Origin: Desulfobacterales bacterium
Lineage (GTDB): Bacteria; Desulfobacterota; Desulfobacteria; Desulfobacterales; Desulfosalsimonadaceae
Direction: 5' to 3'
NCBI GenBank assembly: GCA_046537995.1
Contig: JBKHJS010000001.1
Span: 68 to 64,067, forward strand
Length of the DNA stretch: 64,000 nt
Shown in pieces: positions 52,775-63,947 of the stretch. The position numbers were made by a program, and so were the translations under genes. The notes under the pieces were generated by a model. That model worked only from the letters and a program-made list of their open reading frames with translations, did not search any database and was not told the DNA's origin. The number at the start of each line of letters is the position of its first letter. The first letter of the stretch is position 1.

Positions 52775-54067
52775 ATGACATACTGGAATGCGCAGATCGA
52801 ATGCATGGACCGGGAAACCCTGTCCCAGGCCCAGCTCGAGGGCCTTCAGGCCACACTGAACCGGGTGTATAAAAACGTGCGGCACTACCGCAAACTGTTC
52901 CGGGAAATCGATTTCATGCCCGAAGACCTGACATCCCTGGACATGCTGCAGCAGCTGCCGCTTTTAACCCGCCGGGACCTGAGCCGGAATTATCCTTATG
53001 ACATGTTTGCCGTACCTTTGCGTGAAGTGGTGCGTCTGCATACCACGGCCTTTAATTTCGAGCAACCCGTTGTGATAGGTTTTACGGCCAATGACCTGGC
53101 CAACTGGGCCGAACTCACGGCCCGCAACCTGGCCGGCATCGGCGTAACCCGCGAGGACGTGGTCCAGATCGCCCTGACCTTCGGCATCATGTCCGGGCCT
53201 TTCGGCATCCAGCTGGGCGCCGAAGCCATCGGGGCATCGGTGATTCCCATTTCAGCGGGAAAGCTGCGCGAGCAGGTGAAGATCATGCGGGATTTCAAGA
53301 CTTCCGTTCTGATATCCACCCCCACGGTGGCCCTTGGCTTGATCAATGCCATGGAGGAACTCGACATGGATCCCCACGGCCTGACACTGAAATACGGGGT
53401 TTTCGGCGCAGAGCCCTGGGGCGAGAAAACCCGTCAGGAGATTGAATCCCGCCTGTTTATATCTGCATCTGATACATACGGACTCACGGAAGTTTTCGGC
53501 CCGGGCGTGGCATGGGAATGTCCTGCCAAAAAAGGACTGCATATTGCCGAGGACCATTTCATCGCTGAAGTCATTGATCCGCAGACCGGCGAGGTGCTGC
53601 CGCCGGGTGAGGTAGGGGAACTGGTGATCACCACCATCGGAAAGGAAGCCTTTCCGCTGATCCGGTTTCGGACCGGGGATCTGACCCGGATGGATAAATC
53701 CCCGTGTGCGTGCGGCCGAACCCATTGCCGCATTTCCCGGATATTCAAGCGGTGCGACGATGTGCTGGTGGTCCGCGGCACCAGTGTTACGCCGGACCAG
53801 ATCGGCCGGATCCTGGCCCGGGTCAGCGGAGAGGAGCCCAGGTTCCAGATGGTGGTCGACCGGGAGGAAAACCGGGATCAGCTCATGGTGGTCATCGAGG
53901 CCACGGACATGTATTTTTTTGACGAAATGAAAAAACAGCGGCGTTTTGTGGAGCACCTGCACCGGGAGATTTCCGAGTTCATGGGCTGGGAGGTCAACGT
54001 GCGTTTGGTGGAGCCGGGCACATTTGATCCCTACCAAAAAGTGGTGGACAACAGGCGGTTTGAGTAG
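52775..54067 (+). CDS. Phenylacetate-CoA ligase family protein (adenylate-forming, PaaK-like)
   Basis: The N-terminus YWNAQIECMDRETLSQAQLEGLQATLNRVY and the length (430 aa) are typical of PaaK-type ligases. Confidence 0.8.
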   Translation: MTYWNAQIECMDRETLSQAQLEGLQATLNRVYKNVRHYRKLFREIDFMPEDLTSLDMLQQLPLLTRRDLSRNYPYDMFAVPLREVVRLHTTAFNFEQPVVIGFTANDLANWAELTARNLAGIGVTREDVVQIALTFGIMSGPFGIQLGAEAIGASVIPISAGKLREQVKIMRDFKTSVLISTPTVALGLINAMEELDMDPHGLTLKYGVFGAEPWGEKTRQEIESRLFISASDTYGLTEVFGPGVAWECPAKKGLHIAEDHFIAEVIDPQTGEVLPPGEVGELVITTIGKEAFPLIRFRTGDLTRMDKSPCACGRTHCRISRIFKRCDDVLVVRGTSVTPDQIGRILARVSGEEPRFQMVVDREENRDQLMVVIEATDMYFFDEMKKQRRFVEHLHREISEFMGWEVNVRLVEPGTFDPYQKVVDNRRFE

Positions 54068-54158
54068 ATAATACCCGGACAAAACAGCGTAGTCCGGGGA
54101 CAAACCGAGTAGTGAAATTGGCATATTCACCTTAACCCAAACAAAAGGAGTTTTCAAC

Positions 54159-55067
54159 ATGACGGCACAACTGATTAAGGGAACTGAAATCCGCGAGCAG
54201 ATTCTCGAGGAGATCGCCGGGGAGGTCAAGCAGATCAAGGAAAAACACAACCAGGTGCCCGGTCTGGTTACCATTCTGGTCGGGGAAAACCCGGCCTCGA
54301 TGTCTTATGTCTCCCTGAAGGTCAAGACCGCAGAGCGTCTGGGGTACAAGGAAGTCCAGGACAACCAGCCCGAAGACATTTCCGAGGCGGATCTGCTTGC
54401 ATTGATTGACAAGTACAACAAGGACGATTCCATTCACGGCATCCTGGTCCAGCTTCCCCTGCCGGATCACATTGATGACAAGAAAGTGTTAAATGCCATT
54501 GATCCGGACAAGGACGTGGATGGCTTCCATCCGGTCAACGTGGGCCGTTTGATGATCGGCGGAAGCGAGGTGAAGTATCCGCCGTGCACGCCTGCGGGCA
54601 TCCAGGAGATGATCATCCGGGCCGGGGTGGAAACCAGTGGTGCCGAGGTCGTGGTGGTCGGCCGTTCCAATATCGTGGGCAAGCCCATTGCCATGATGAT
54701 GTGTCAGAAAGGCCAGGGCGCCAACTCCACGGTGACCATAGTGCATACCCGCACAAAGGACCTGGAATTCCACTGCAAGCGCGCGGATATTCTCATTGTG
54801 GCCGCCGGTGTGCCCGGACTGGTCAAGCCGGAGTGGATAAAGGAAGGCGCCTGTGTGATTGATGTCGGCGTCAACCGCGTGGGCGAGAAAGTCAGCGAGA
54901 AAACCGGCAAAACAGTGGCGATTCTGCGCGGTGATGTGGATTTTGATGCCGCCAAGGAGATCGCCGGCTACATCACCCCGGTTCCGGGGGGTGTGGGTCC
55001 CATGACCATTACCATGCTGATGCGAAACACCCTGAACGCATTGAAATTCAAGCTGGGATTAAAGTAG
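54159..55067 (+). CDS. folD: Bifunctional methylenetetrahydrofolate dehydrogenase / methenyltetrahydrofolate cyclohydrolase
   Basis: ASMSYVSLK, GILVQLPLP, VVGRSNIVGKP, PGGVGPMT motifs. Confidence 0.95.
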   Translation: MTAQLIKGTEIREQILEEIAGEVKQIKEKHNQVPGLVTILVGENPASMSYVSLKVKTAERLGYKEVQDNQPEDISEADLLALIDKYNKDDSIHGILVQLPLPDHIDDKKVLNAIDPDKDVDGFHPVNVGRLMIGGSEVKYPPCTPAGIQEMIIRAGVETSGAEVVVVGRSNIVGKPIAMMMCQKGQGANSTVTIVHTRTKDLEFHCKRADILIVAAGVPGLVKPEWIKEGACVIDVGVNRVGEKVSEKTGKTVAILRGDVDFDAAKEIAGYITPVPGGVGPMTITMLMRNTLNALKFKLGLK

Positions 55068-55102
55068 TTGTCTTGTCCCTGCGATTTTGATATCCTCTAA
55101 AA

Positions 55103-55148
55103 GCTGAAAAACCCTGTAAGAACAAAACACAGGGTTTTTCAGCTTTTT
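55103..55148 (+). terminator. Intrinsic terminator after folD (15-bp perfect stem plus T5)
   Basis: GCTGAAAAACCCTGT - 11-nt loop - ACAGGGTTTTTCAGC, followed by TTTTT. Confidence 0.85.
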
Positions 55149-55177
55149 CTTTCGCACCGGGCCGGTGTGCAAAAACA

Positions 55178-55231
55178 TCGCTCAATTTAGGTCAGAGATA
55201 CTTGACGAACGGGTAAACTGTACGCATTATA
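55178..55231 (+). promoter_or_regulatory. secA promoter region: conserved motif TCGCTCAATTTAGGT (55178-55192), then TTGACG (55202-55207), N18, ATTATA (55226-55231)
   Basis: Read directly. The motif is shared with the rho and rpsB upstream regions. Confidence 0.45.
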
Positions 55232-55303
55232 TCGGTACCCGGGTTAATGCTCGCCTGATCGACAACCAATACAAAAAATCAATATCCAAGGAAATTTTGA
55301 AAT

Positions 55304-57841
55304 ATGGCTGCACTTGCCGCGGGCAAATTTTTGACAAGACTTTTCGGAAGCAGAAACGAACGGGTGCTGAAAAAGCTTTACCCGACGGTGGAAGCGGTAA
55401 ATGAGCTTGAACCGAAGTTTGCCGCCATGTCAGATGCCGAGCTCGCAGACCAGACCCATATATTCAAATCCCGGTACCAGGCGGGCGAAACCCTGGAGGA
55501 CCTGCTGCCCGAGGCCTTTGCCGTGGTCCGGGAAGCGGCCAGGCGCACACTTGGCATGCGCCATTTTGACGTTCAGATTCTGGGCGGCATTGTGCTGCAC
55601 CAGGGCAATATCGCGGAAATGAAAACCGGTGAAGGAAAAACCCTAGTCGCCCCCCTTGCCCTGTATCTTAATGCCTTAAGCGGCAAGGGCGCTCACGTGG
55701 TCACGGTAAACGACTACCTGGCAAGCCGCGATGCCGAATGGATGGGCAAGATTTACAAGTTCCTGGGCATGAGCGTGGGCAACGTTGTTCACGGAATGGA
55801 TGACCAGGAGCGAAAGCAGGCTTACGCCTGCGATATCACCTATGGGACAAACAACGAGTTCGGCTTTGACTACCTGCGTGACAACATGAAGTTTGAAAAG
55901 GCCTCGCTGGTTCAGCGGGAGCTGAATTTTGCCATTGTCGACGAGGTCGACAGCATCCTCATTGACGAGGCCCGCACCCCGCTGATTATTTCCGGGCCGA
56001 CTGAAAAATCCACCGAACTCTATTACCAAGCAAACACCATCGTACCCCATTTAAATGTCGAAGAGCACTACACGGTGGACGAGAAGGCCAAGTCCGTGGC
56101 CTTGACCGAAGCCGGGGTGGCCAAGGCCGAAACCCTGCTCAAGGTGGAAAACCTGTATGATCCCAAGAACATCGAGCTGCTTCACCACGTCAATCAGGCG
56201 TTAAAGGCCCATGCCCTGTTTACCCGGGACGTGGACTACATCGTCAAAGACGGGCAGGTGATCATTGTTGATGAATTCACTGGGCGGCTCATGCCGGGCC
56301 GACGCTACAGCGACGGACTGCATCAGGCCCTGGAGGCCAAGGAAAACGTACGGATTGAAAACGAGAACCAGACCCTGGCCACGATTACCTTCCAGAATTT
56401 CTTCCGGATGTATAACAAGCTTGCCGGCATGACAGGTACCGCGGACACGGAGGCCGCGGAATTCAAAAAGATATACGATCTGGACGTGGTGATTGTGCCC
56501 ACCAACGAACCCATGATCCGGGAGGACCATCCGGACATGATCTATATGACAAAGCAGGAGAAATACGAGGCCGCCATTGAAGAAATCATCGAGCTGCACC
56601 GGATCGGCCGCCCCGTGCTGGTGGGAACGGTTTCCATTGACGTTTCCGAGTATTTGAGCAGCCTGCTGAAAAAGCGCGGCATCAAGCACAACGTCTTAAA
56701 CGCCAAGAACCACGAGGCCGAGGCCGAGATTATCGCCAATGCCGGGCAGAAAGGCGCGGTCACGATTGCCACCAACATGGCCGGCCGCGGCACCGACATT
56801 GTGCTCGGCGAGGGAGTGGCCGAACTCGGCGGACTCCATATCCTGGGTACGGAAAGACACGAAAGCCGGCGGATTGACAATCAGCTTCGGGGCCGTTCAG
56901 GCCGGCAGGGCGATCCCGGCTCATCGCGGTTTTACCTTTCCCTGGAAGACGATCTGCTCCGGATATTCGGCGGAGAGCGCATTTCCGGATTCATGAACCG
57001 CATGGGAATGGGTGAGGGGGAACCCATTGAGCACAATATGATTTCCCGGGCCATTGAAAACGCCCAGAGCAAGGTCGAGGGGCACAACTTTGATATCCGC
57101 AAGCAACTGCTTGATTTTGATGACGTGATGAACCAGCAGCGGGAGGTAATTTATGAGCAGCGTCAGCAGGCCCTGAGCGATCAGAGCTTAAAGCCGGTCA
57201 TTGAGGAAATGATCCGGGAGAAGGCCGACGAGATCGCCTGGGGATATGCGGATGAAAAAACCCCGCCCGATCAGTGGGATTTGAAGGGACTGCGGGATGC
57301 GGTTTTCAGCCAGTTCAACCTCAAGCCGGACGTGTCGCCGGAAAAGCTAGACGGGGGCCGGCCCGAGGACGTCTCGGATATGATATATGATGCGGCCATT
57401 GCCGCTTACCGGGAAAAGGAACAGATATTGCCGGAGCCCGATTTCCGGCATCTGGAGCGCATCATCATGCTCCAGACGGTTGACAGCCTTTGGAAAGACC
57501 ATCTGTTGTCCATGGACCATCTCAAGGAAGGCATCGGCCTGCGCGGGTATGCACAGCAGGACCCCCTGATGATGTACAAGAAGGAAGCCTTTGCCATGTT
57601 CCAGGAGATGGTCGACCGGATCAAGGAGGAAACACTGAAGATTCTCTTCCGGGTCCAGATTGCGCCTTCAGAGGGAGTCGACGAGCTTGTTGAGCCCAAG
57701 GAACAGGAAATGACGTTTTCCCACGGAGACGGCGCATCTGCGGCCCGCCAGCCCAAAAAGCGCAGTTCCGAGAAAATCGGCCGCAATGATCCCTGTCCCT
57801 GCGGCAGCGGCAAGAAATACAAGAAATGCTGCGGGCGGTAG
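55304..57841 (+). CDS. secA: Preprotein translocase ATPase SecA
   Basis: [12 protein letters not shown]-terminus, MKTGEGKT Walker A, C-terminal Zn motif [14 protein letters not shown]. 845 aa. Confidence 0.97.
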   Translation: MAALAAGKFLTRLFGSRNERVLKKLYPTVEAVNELEPKFAAMSDAELADQTHIFKSRYQAGETLEDLLPEAFAVVREAARRTLGMRHFDVQILGGIVLHQGNIAEMKTGEGKTLVAPLALYLNALSGKGAHVVTVNDYLASRDAEWMGKIYKFLGMSVGNVVHGMDDQERKQAYACDITYGTNNEFGFDYLRDNMKFEKASLVQRELNFAIVDEVDSILIDEARTPLIISGPTEKSTELYYQANTIVPHLNVEEHYTVDEKAKSVALTEAGVAKAETLLKVENLYDPKNIELLHHVNQALKAHALFTRDVDYIVKDGQVIIVDEFTGRLMPGRRYSDGLHQALEAKENVRIENENQTLATITFQNFFRMYNKLAGMTGTADTEAAEFKKIYDLDVVIVPTNEPMIREDHPDMIYMTKQEKYEAAIEEIIELHRIGRPVLVGTVSIDVSEYLSSLLKKRGIKHNVLNAKNHEAEAEIIANAGQKGAVTIATNMAGRGTDIVLGEGVAELGGLHILGTERHESRRIDNQLRGRSGRQGDPGSSRFYLSLEDDLLRIFGGERISGFMNRMGMGEGEPIEHNMISRAIENAQSKVEGHNFDIRKQLLDFDDVMNQQREVIYEQRQQALSDQSLKPVIEEMIREKADEIAWGYADEKTPPDQWDLKGLRDAVFSQFNLKPDVSPEKLDGGRPEDVSDMIYDAAIAAYREKEQILPEPDFRHLERIIMLQTVDSLWKDHLLSMDHLKEGIGLRGYAQQDPLMMYKKEAFAMFQEMVDRIKEETLKILFRVQIAPSEGVDELVEPKEQEMTFSHGDGASAARQPKKRSSEKIGRNDPCPCGSGKKYKKCCGR

Positions 57842-57911
57842 ATGAAATAATGCGCTTTGCCTTCCTGCCGCGCTTTGCCGGCGTGTTTGTGCTGCGTGTA
57901 TTGAATTTGGG

Positions 57912-57941
57912 TTGAATTTTGGGGGTAAATGGTTTTATAAT
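57912..57941 (+). promoter_or_regulatory. Putative clpS promoter TTGAAT-N18-TATAAT
   Basis: TTGAAT at 57912-57917 and TATAAT at 57936-57941. A direct repeat TTGAATTTGGG / TTGAATTTTGGGGG overlaps the -35. Confidence 0.45.
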
Positions 57942-58053
57942 TCCAGCAGCCGGGCTGACAGGGGCAGCATTTGTGTTTATATTAAAAGTGAAATATACGA
58001 ATCCATGCGAAATTATTTTTTAAAAAGGATGTTTTCGGTGGAGCGAGGGTATC

Positions 58054-58368
58054 ATGCAGGAGGACAAACCGGGAACAGAAGAAAAAGTAATTTCACAGAC
58101 CCGGCAGGTCACAGAGGAGCCGCCCATGTACCGGGTGCTGCTCCACAACGACGATTACACCACCATGGATTTTGTGGTGGAACTGCTGATGAACGTTTTT
58201 CAAAAGTCCTTTGAAGAAGCCACTCATATCATGCTCCGGGTTCACCGGGCAGGAAAAGGGGTGTGCGGTGTGTATACGTATGAAGTGGCGGAAACCAAGA
58301 TTGAAACAGTCCATCAGCTTGCCACGGAAAGAGGATTTCCGCTGAAAAGTTCTATGGAAAAGGTATAG
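58054..58368 (+). CDS. clpS: ATP-dependent Clp protease adaptor ClpS
   Basis: MYRVLLHNDDYTTMDFVVELLMNVF core. 104 aa. Confidence 0.95.
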   Translation: MQEDKPGTEEKVISQTRQVTEEPPMYRVLLHNDDYTTMDFVVELLMNVFQKSFEEATHIMLRVHRAGKGVCGVYTYEVAETKIETVHQLATERGFPLKSSMEKV

Positions 58369-58371
58369 CAT

Positions 58372-60612
58372 ATGATCAGCAAAGGATTGAGTATTGTTCT
58401 GAGTCAGGCCGTCAAAGAGGCCAGAAAGCGCAGGCATGAATATGTCTGCGTGGAACACATGCTCTATGCGATTCTCCACGACAGCGTGGGAATTGAAATA
58501 ATTGAAAGCTGCGGCGGCAATGTCGAAAACATGCAGAATGAACTCGAAAAGTTTTTCGAGGAAAAGCTCGAAAAGGTGCCGGAGGCACACGAATATATCC
58601 TCCAGCAGACCATCCGTTTTCAGCGGGTGATCCAGCGGGCGGTCAATCATGCCAGATCCGCGGAAAAGGAATCGGTGTACGTGGGCGATATTCTGGCCTC
58701 CATTTTGGAGGAGAAAAAGTCCCATGCCGCCTATTTCATGGCCGCCGAAGGCATCACCCGCCTCGATGTGCTCAATGTGATCTCTCACAGCGCATCCGGG
58801 GAAATGTTTAAGGAAAATTCGGATACGGGCATTGTCACCGGCAAAAAGAACAAGAAAAAAGAAGCCGATCCGCTGGAAACCTATGCCGTGGACCTGGTGG
58901 AGCGGGCCATGTGCGGCAAGCTCGACCCCTTAATCGGCCGGGAAAGCGAAATGGACCGGACCGTCCAGGTGTTGTGCCGACGGAGAAAGAACAATCCCGT
59001 GTTTGTGGGTGACCCCGGCGTGGGCAAGACCGCCATGGCCGAGGGACTGGCCCAGCGCATTGCAGATGGCCGGATACCCGATCTGCTGGAAGGCGCCCGG
59101 ATTTATTCCCTGGATCTCGGCGCTCTGCTGGCGGGCACCAAATACCGGGGCGATTTTGAGCAGCGCCTGAAATCCGTGATTTCAGAGCTGCAGAAGCGGG
59201 AAAACGCGATTCTGTTCATTGACGAAATCCATACCATTGTCGGGGCCGGAGCCACGAGCAGCGGATCGATGGATGCCTCGAACATCCTGAAACCCGCGCT
59301 GGTCACGGGTGAACTGCGATGCATCGGATCGACCACCTACGAGGAGTTCAAGAATTACTTTGAAAAGGACCGGGCCTTTTCGCGCAGGTTTGAAAAAATC
59401 GAGATCGCGGAGCCGTCCTTAGACGATACGGTCAGGATCCTCAAGGGGCTGAAATCCTATTACGAGGAGCATCACCGCATTGATTACACCGAGCCGGCAT
59501 TGAAAGCCGCAGCCGAGCTTTCGGACAAATACCTGACCGAGCGGTACCTGCCGGACAAGGCCATTGACGTGATTGACGAGGCCGGGGTCATGCTTCGCTT
59601 GGCCGGATCGAGCCGCAGAAAGCGGGTTCAGCCCAATGACATCGAAAAGGTGGTCTCCAAGATTTCCCGGGTGCCGGCCCACCGGGTTTCCTCTTCGGAC
59701 AAAAGCAACCTGGCCAGCCTGGAAGACCGGCTCAAGCAGAAAATATTCGGCCAGGACGATGCCATCCACTCGATGGTGACCGCGATCAAGCGTGCCCGCG
59801 CAGGCCTGGGGGCCCCGGAGCGGCCCATCGGCTCGTTTCTGTTTACCGGTCCCACCGGCGTGGGCAAGACCGAGGTGGCCAGGCAGGTGGCTCAAAACAT
59901 GGGCGTGAAGTTTCTGCGCTTTGACATGAGCGAGTACATGGAAAAACATGCCGTAGCGCGCCTGATCGGCGCACCGCCGGGCTATATCGGATTTGACCAG
60001 GGCGGTCTGCTCACCGACCAGATCCGGAAAAACCCGTATGCCGTATTGTTGCTCGATGAAATCGAAAAGGCCCACATCGACATGTACAACATCCTGCTGC
60101 AGGTGATGGACCATGCCGCCCTGACCGACAACAACGGCAAGATCGCGGATTTTCGAAACGTGATCCTGATCATGACCTCCAATGCCGGGGCCCGGGAAAT
60201 GGCTGCCAACACCATTGGTTTTGCCGGCAGCCATGGCCAGGATCCGGGCAGCAAGGGGAAAAAGGCTGTGGAAAGCTTTTTCAGCCCGGAATTCCGCAAC
60301 CGGCTGGATGATATTATCAATTTCCGGTCCCTGAACATGGAAATCATGGAGATGGTGGTGGACAAGTTCATGGATGAACTGGCCCCGCAGCTGGCAGCCA
60401 AGAAGGTATCGGTTACCCTGTCTGCCAATGCGCGCCGCTGGCTGGCCAGGAAAGGCCATGATTCGCATTTCGGTGCCAGACCGCTGGACCGGCTGGTTCA
60501 GAAGGAAATCAAGGACGTGCTCACTGACGAGATCCTGTTCGGCAGGCTGACCAAGGGTGGCGAAGTGTTTGTCAAGGTAAAGGATGACCGGCTGATGTTT
60601 AATTTCAGCTGA
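58372..60612 (+). CDS. clpA: ATP-dependent Clp protease ATP-binding subunit ClpA
   Basis: Two AAA+ modules (GDPGVGKTA and GPTGVGKTE), no ClpB-type long middle domain. 746 aa. Follows clpS. Confidence 0.93.
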   Translation: MISKGLSIVLSQAVKEARKRRHEYVCVEHMLYAILHDSVGIEIIESCGGNVENMQNELEKFFEEKLEKVPEAHEYILQQTIRFQRVIQRAVNHARSAEKESVYVGDILASILEEKKSHAAYFMAAEGITRLDVLNVISHSASGEMFKENSDTGIVTGKKNKKKEADPLETYAVDLVERAMCGKLDPLIGRESEMDRTVQVLCRRRKNNPVFVGDPGVGKTAMAEGLAQRIADGRIPDLLEGARIYSLDLGALLAGTKYRGDFEQRLKSVISELQKRENAILFIDEIHTIVGAGATSSGSMDASNILKPALVTGELRCIGSTTYEEFKNYFEKDRAFSRRFEKIEIAEPSLDDTVRILKGLKSYYEEHHRIDYTEPALKAAAELSDKYLTERYLPDKAIDVIDEAGVMLRLAGSSRRKRVQPNDIEKVVSKISRVPAHRVSSSDKSNLASLEDRLKQKIFGQDDAIHSMVTAIKRARAGLGAPERPIGSFLFTGPTGVGKTEVARQVAQNMGVKFLRFDMSEYMEKHAVARLIGAPPGYIGFDQGGLLTDQIRKNPYAVLLLDEIEKAHIDMYNILLQVMDHAALTDNNGKIADFRNVILIMTSNAGAREMAANTIGFAGSHGQDPGSKGKKAVESFFSPEFRNRLDDIINFRSLNMEIMEMVVDKFMDELAPQLAAKKVSVTLSANARRWLARKGHDSHFGARPLDRLVQKEIKDVLTDEILFGRLTKGGEVFVKVKDDRLMFNFS

Positions 60613-60617
60613 GAATC

Positions 60618-61322
60618 ATGCCGATATTCCGACTTTCTGACAAGCTGTCATTTCCGCCGCCCCATTATGCCGCAAGAAACGGGCTGCTTGCCATCGGCGG
60701 GGACTTAAGCGAGGAAAGGCTGCTTTTAGCCTACCGGATGGGGATCTTTCCGTGGTTTTCCCCGTATGACCCCATATTGTGGTGGTGCCCGGATCCCCGC
60801 CTGGTGCTCTATCCCCAACAGGTGCACATTCCGGGCCGGCTGAGGCGAAAAATCAACAGCGGCATTTTCGAGGTCACCAGTGATACGGTTTTCGAGCGGG
60901 TCATTTCCGAATGTGCACAGGTAAGAAAGGAAAACAACGAGGAAACCTGGCTTGTTGACGAGATGATTGAGGCCTATTGCCGGCTTCACGAGCACGGGTA
61001 TGCCCATTGCGTGGAGACTTGGTGCGACGGGGAGTTGGCAGGCGGCCTTTACGGGGTATGCATGGGCGGCAGCTTTTTCGGGGAGTCCATGTTCACCCGG
61101 GTCACGGATGCATCCAAGGTGGCGCTGGTGGCCTTGTGCAATTATATGCTGGAAAACGGATTTGATCTGATCGATTGCCAGGTCGCTACAGGTCACCTGG
61201 TATGGATGGGCGCCCGGGAGGTGCCGCGGAAGCTTTTTCTGCGGCAGCTGGCCGAATCGGTAAAGCGCCCGACGCAAAAGCAGAAATGGCAAGTCGAGCT
61301 GAAGTCCAATCGGCGCAACTGA
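60618..61322 (+). CDS. aat: Leucyl/phenylalanyl-tRNA-protein transferase
   Basis: GIFPWFSPYDPILWWCPDPR and GGSFFGESMF motifs. 234 aa. Confidence 0.9.
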   Translation: MPIFRLSDKLSFPPPHYAARNGLLAIGGDLSEERLLLAYRMGIFPWFSPYDPILWWCPDPRLVLYPQQVHIPGRLRRKINSGIFEVTSDTVFERVISECAQVRKENNEETWLVDEMIEAYCRLHEHGYAHCVETWCDGELAGGLYGVCMGGSFFGESMFTRVTDASKVALVALCNYMLENGFDLIDCQVATGHLVWMGAREVPRKLFLRQLAESVKRPTQKQKWQVELKSNRRN

Positions 61323-61347
61323 GTATTTCCGGACAACCCTTGTTTAC

Positions 61348-61692
61348 ATGGAGGCGCATATGGGAGAGGAATGCCTGTTTTGCAGGATCGCAGGCGGGGA
61401 AACAAACACGGAATTTCTCATGGAAACCGATAAGCTGGTGGTTTTCAAGGATATCAATCCATTGGCCCCGGTGCACCTGCTGCTTGTGCCCAAGCAGCAT
61501 ATCCGCAGCGTCAATGACCTGACCGAGCAGGACAGGGAGATTCTTGCAGACCTGATTTTTGCGGCCCGGGACATGGCCCCGAAAATGGGCGTGGATTCCA
61601 CCGGATACCGGCTTTTTTTCAATGTGGAAAAAGGCGGCGGTCAGGAGATTTTTCACCTGCACATGCACATGATCGGCGGATGGGAGTCCTGA
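61348..61692 (+). CDS. HIT-family (histidine triad) nucleotide hydrolase
   Basis: CLFCRI N-terminus and the histidine triad HLHMHMIGG. 114 aa. Confidence 0.9.
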   Translation: MEAHMGEECLFCRIAGGETNTEFLMETDKLVVFKDINPLAPVHLLLVPKQHIRSVNDLTEQDREILADLIFAARDMAPKMGVDSTGYRLFFNVEKGGGQEIFHLHMHMIGGWES

Positions 61693-62979
61693 ATGGGAAA
61701 AACCGTTGCTGAAAAGATATTTGATGCGCACCGGGTCGACAATCCGGCCGGCGATATGTATGTGCTTTGCCTGGATGCGGTTTTCTGTCACGAGATCACC
61801 ACGCCCGTGGCCCTCAATGACCTGGTTCGCCGGGGCAAGGACCGGGTTTTTGATCCGTCAAAGATCAAGGCGGTCATTGATCATGTGACCCCGGCCAAGG
61901 ATTCCAAGACCGCCCTGCAGGGAAAGATCCTGCGGGACTGGGCCCGGCGCCACAACATTACGCATTTTTTCGATATCGGCCGCAATGGTGTGTGTCACGC
62001 GCTTTTTCCGGAACACGGCTTTGTCCGGCCCGGTTACACCATTATCATGGGGGATTCGCACACCTGCACCCACGGGGCTTTCGGGGCCTTTGCCGCGGGC
62101 GTGGGCACCACAGACTTGGAGGTCGGGATTTTAAAGGGTGTTTGCGCGTTTCGCTACCCGCGCTCCATGAAGATCGCGGTTTCAGGCGAGCTGGCCGACG
62201 GCGTTTATGCCAAGGACCTGATCCTGTCGATTATCGGGCGCCTCGGGGTCAACGGGGCCACGGACCGCGTCATCGAGTTTGCCGGTCCGGCGGTGGCAGC
62301 AATGAGCATGGAATCGCGCATGACGCTTTGTAACATGGCGGTGGAAGCAGGCGCCACCAGCGGCATCTGTTATCCGGACATGACCACCGTGGATTACCTG
62401 TGGCCGTTTATCCGGGATGAATTCGATGCCTCGGAAGCCGCTCTGGCACATTACCGGAAGTTTCTGCCGGATACGGACGCGGAATATGACGACATCGTAG
62501 AGATTGATGCCGCCGGCCTGGCCCCCCAGGTGACCTACGGGTATCGGCCGGACAACGTTGTGCCGGTCTCTGAAATGGAAGGCACGCCCGTGGACCAGGT
62601 TTATGTCGGATCATGTACCAACGGGCGGCTCGAAGACCTGCGGGTGGCGGCCAATGTGCTTTCCGGCCACCGGATCAGCGACTCGGTGCGGGGCATTGTT
62701 TCACCGGCCACACCGGAAGTCTATCGCCGTGCCCTGGACGAAGGCATTATTCATACTTTCATGGATGCCGGTTTTTGCGTGGCCAATCCCACCTGCGGGG
62801 CGTGTTTGGGCATGAGTTGCGGCGTGATTGCAGAGGGGGAGGTGTGCGCTTCGACCACGAACCGCAATTTTTACGGCCGCATGGGCAAAGGCGGCACCGT
62901 TCACCTGATGAGTCCGGCCACGGCTGCGGCAACCGCGATTGCCGGTCATATCACGGACTCCATTCTTTACAGGAAATAG
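61693..62979 (+). CDS. leuC: 3-isopropylmalate/homoaconitate dehydratase large subunit (aconitase family)
   Basis: MGDSHTCTHGAFGA. Fe-S Cys ligands in SCTNGR and the CGACLG context. 428 aa. Confidence 0.85.
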   Translation: MGKTVAEKIFDAHRVDNPAGDMYVLCLDAVFCHEITTPVALNDLVRRGKDRVFDPSKIKAVIDHVTPAKDSKTALQGKILRDWARRHNITHFFDIGRNGVCHALFPEHGFVRPGYTIIMGDSHTCTHGAFGAFAAGVGTTDLEVGILKGVCAFRYPRSMKIAVSGELADGVYAKDLILSIIGRLGVNGATDRVIEFAGPAVAAMSMESRMTLCNMAVEAGATSGICYPDMTTVDYLWPFIRDEFDASEAALAHYRKFLPDTDAEYDDIVEIDAAGLAPQVTYGYRPDNVVPVSEMEGTPVDQVYVGSCTNGRLEDLRVAANVLSGHRISDSVRGIVSPATPEVYRRALDEGIIHTFMDAGFCVANPTCGACLGMSCGVIAEGEVCASTTNRNFYGRMGKGGTVHLMSPATAAATAIAGHITDSILYRK

Positions 62980-62997
62980 AAACGGGGGCAGGGAAAA

Positions 62998-63522
62998 ATG
63001 CACAATTTCGGCGGCAGCGTCCTTTTTCTGGACCGCTCGGACATCAATACCGATGAAATCATTCCGGCCCGGTATCTCACCGAGATTTCCAAAGAGGCCT
63101 TACAGCCCCATCTGCTCGAGGACCTTCACCTGGAAGGCTTTGACCCGGCATCCGATATAGGCGAAAAACAGGTGATTGTAACCCGCTCGAATTTCGGCTG
63201 CGGCTCGTCGCGCGAACACGCGCCCTGGGCGCTGGAGGTAAACGGCATACACATGGTGATTGCCGAAAGCTTTGCCCGCATATTCCGGCAGAACATGTTC
63301 AATTGCGGCATGCTGGCCATTGAACTGCCCGGAGAAACCATTGACCGGATTTTTGACGACTTTTCGGAATTTGACGCCCTGATTTACGCGGACCTGGAAA
63401 AAAGCGTGCTCTTGGTGCAGGGCGGCGGCCGGGAGGCCGAATTTGCCTTTACCATATCCGAATTTGACCGGTCTCTGGTGGCTGCCGGCGGTTGGGTGGA
63501 ATACGCGGATTCACACTACTAG
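62998..63522 (+). CDS. leuD: 3-isopropylmalate/homoaconitate dehydratase small subunit
   Basis: [15 protein letters not shown] motif. 174 aa. Confidence 0.85.
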   Translation: MHNFGGSVLFLDRSDINTDEIIPARYLTEISKEALQPHLLEDLHLEGFDPASDIGEKQVIVTRSNFGCGSSREHAPWALEVNGIHMVIAESFARIFRQNMFNCGMLAIELPGETIDRIFDDFSEFDALIYADLEKSVLLVQGGGREAEFAFTISEFDRSLVAAGGWVEYADSHY

Positions 63523-63530
63523 GCAATCGT

Positions 63531-63794
63531 ATGAAGCGATTTGAAGAATTGTTTGAAGAGCTTTCCCGGAAAGTCCGGGACCGGGATCCGGCCTCCGGAA
63601 CCGTGCACCAGGTGGAGCAGGGCAGACACGAAATCGGCAAAAAGCTGCTCGAAGAAGCCGGCGAGGTCTGGATGGCGGCCTCATGTGAAAGCCGGGAGCG
63701 CACCGCCGAGGAAATCTCCCAGCTCCTCTATCACATCCAGGTCATGATGCTGGTCTGCGATTTGACGCTGGAGGATGTGTACAAGTATCTGTAG
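63531..63794 (+). CDS. hisE: Phosphoribosyl-ATP pyrophosphatase
   Basis: The sequence has the MazG-like helical pattern [12 protein letters not shown]...[14 protein letters not shown]...[14 protein letters not shown]. The start is re-called to ATG 63531. Confidence 0.85.
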   Translation: MKRFEELFEELSRKVRDRDPASGTVHQVEQGRHEIGKKLLEEAGEVWMAASCESRERTAEEISQLLYHIQVMMLVCDLTLEDVYKYL

Positions 63795-63795
63795 T

Positions 63796-63947
63796 AAAAT
63801 CCGAAATCCGAATATCGAAATTCGAAACAAATTCGAATCCCGAATCACCTAATGTTCAAAACAGGAATAATTGACCGTACCTTTGGTTTCGGTCATTTGA
63901 CTTTAGTTCTTTTCATATTGTTTCGAATTTCGTGCTTCGGATTTATG
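63796..63947 (+). repeat. MITE-like inverted-repeat element, copy E (after hisE)
   Basis: Left end AAAATCCGAAATCCGAATATCGAAATTCGAAACAAATTCGAAT. Centre has GTTCAAAAC. Right end ATTGTTTCGAATTTCGTGCTTCGGATTTATG. Confidence 0.8.

Noticed and set aside
55165-55404. 79-aa ORF upstream of and overlapping the secA start
   Set aside because: It begins inside the predicted secA promoter and has no SD. It overlaps the well-supported secA N-terminus ([24 protein letters not shown]) in another frame.
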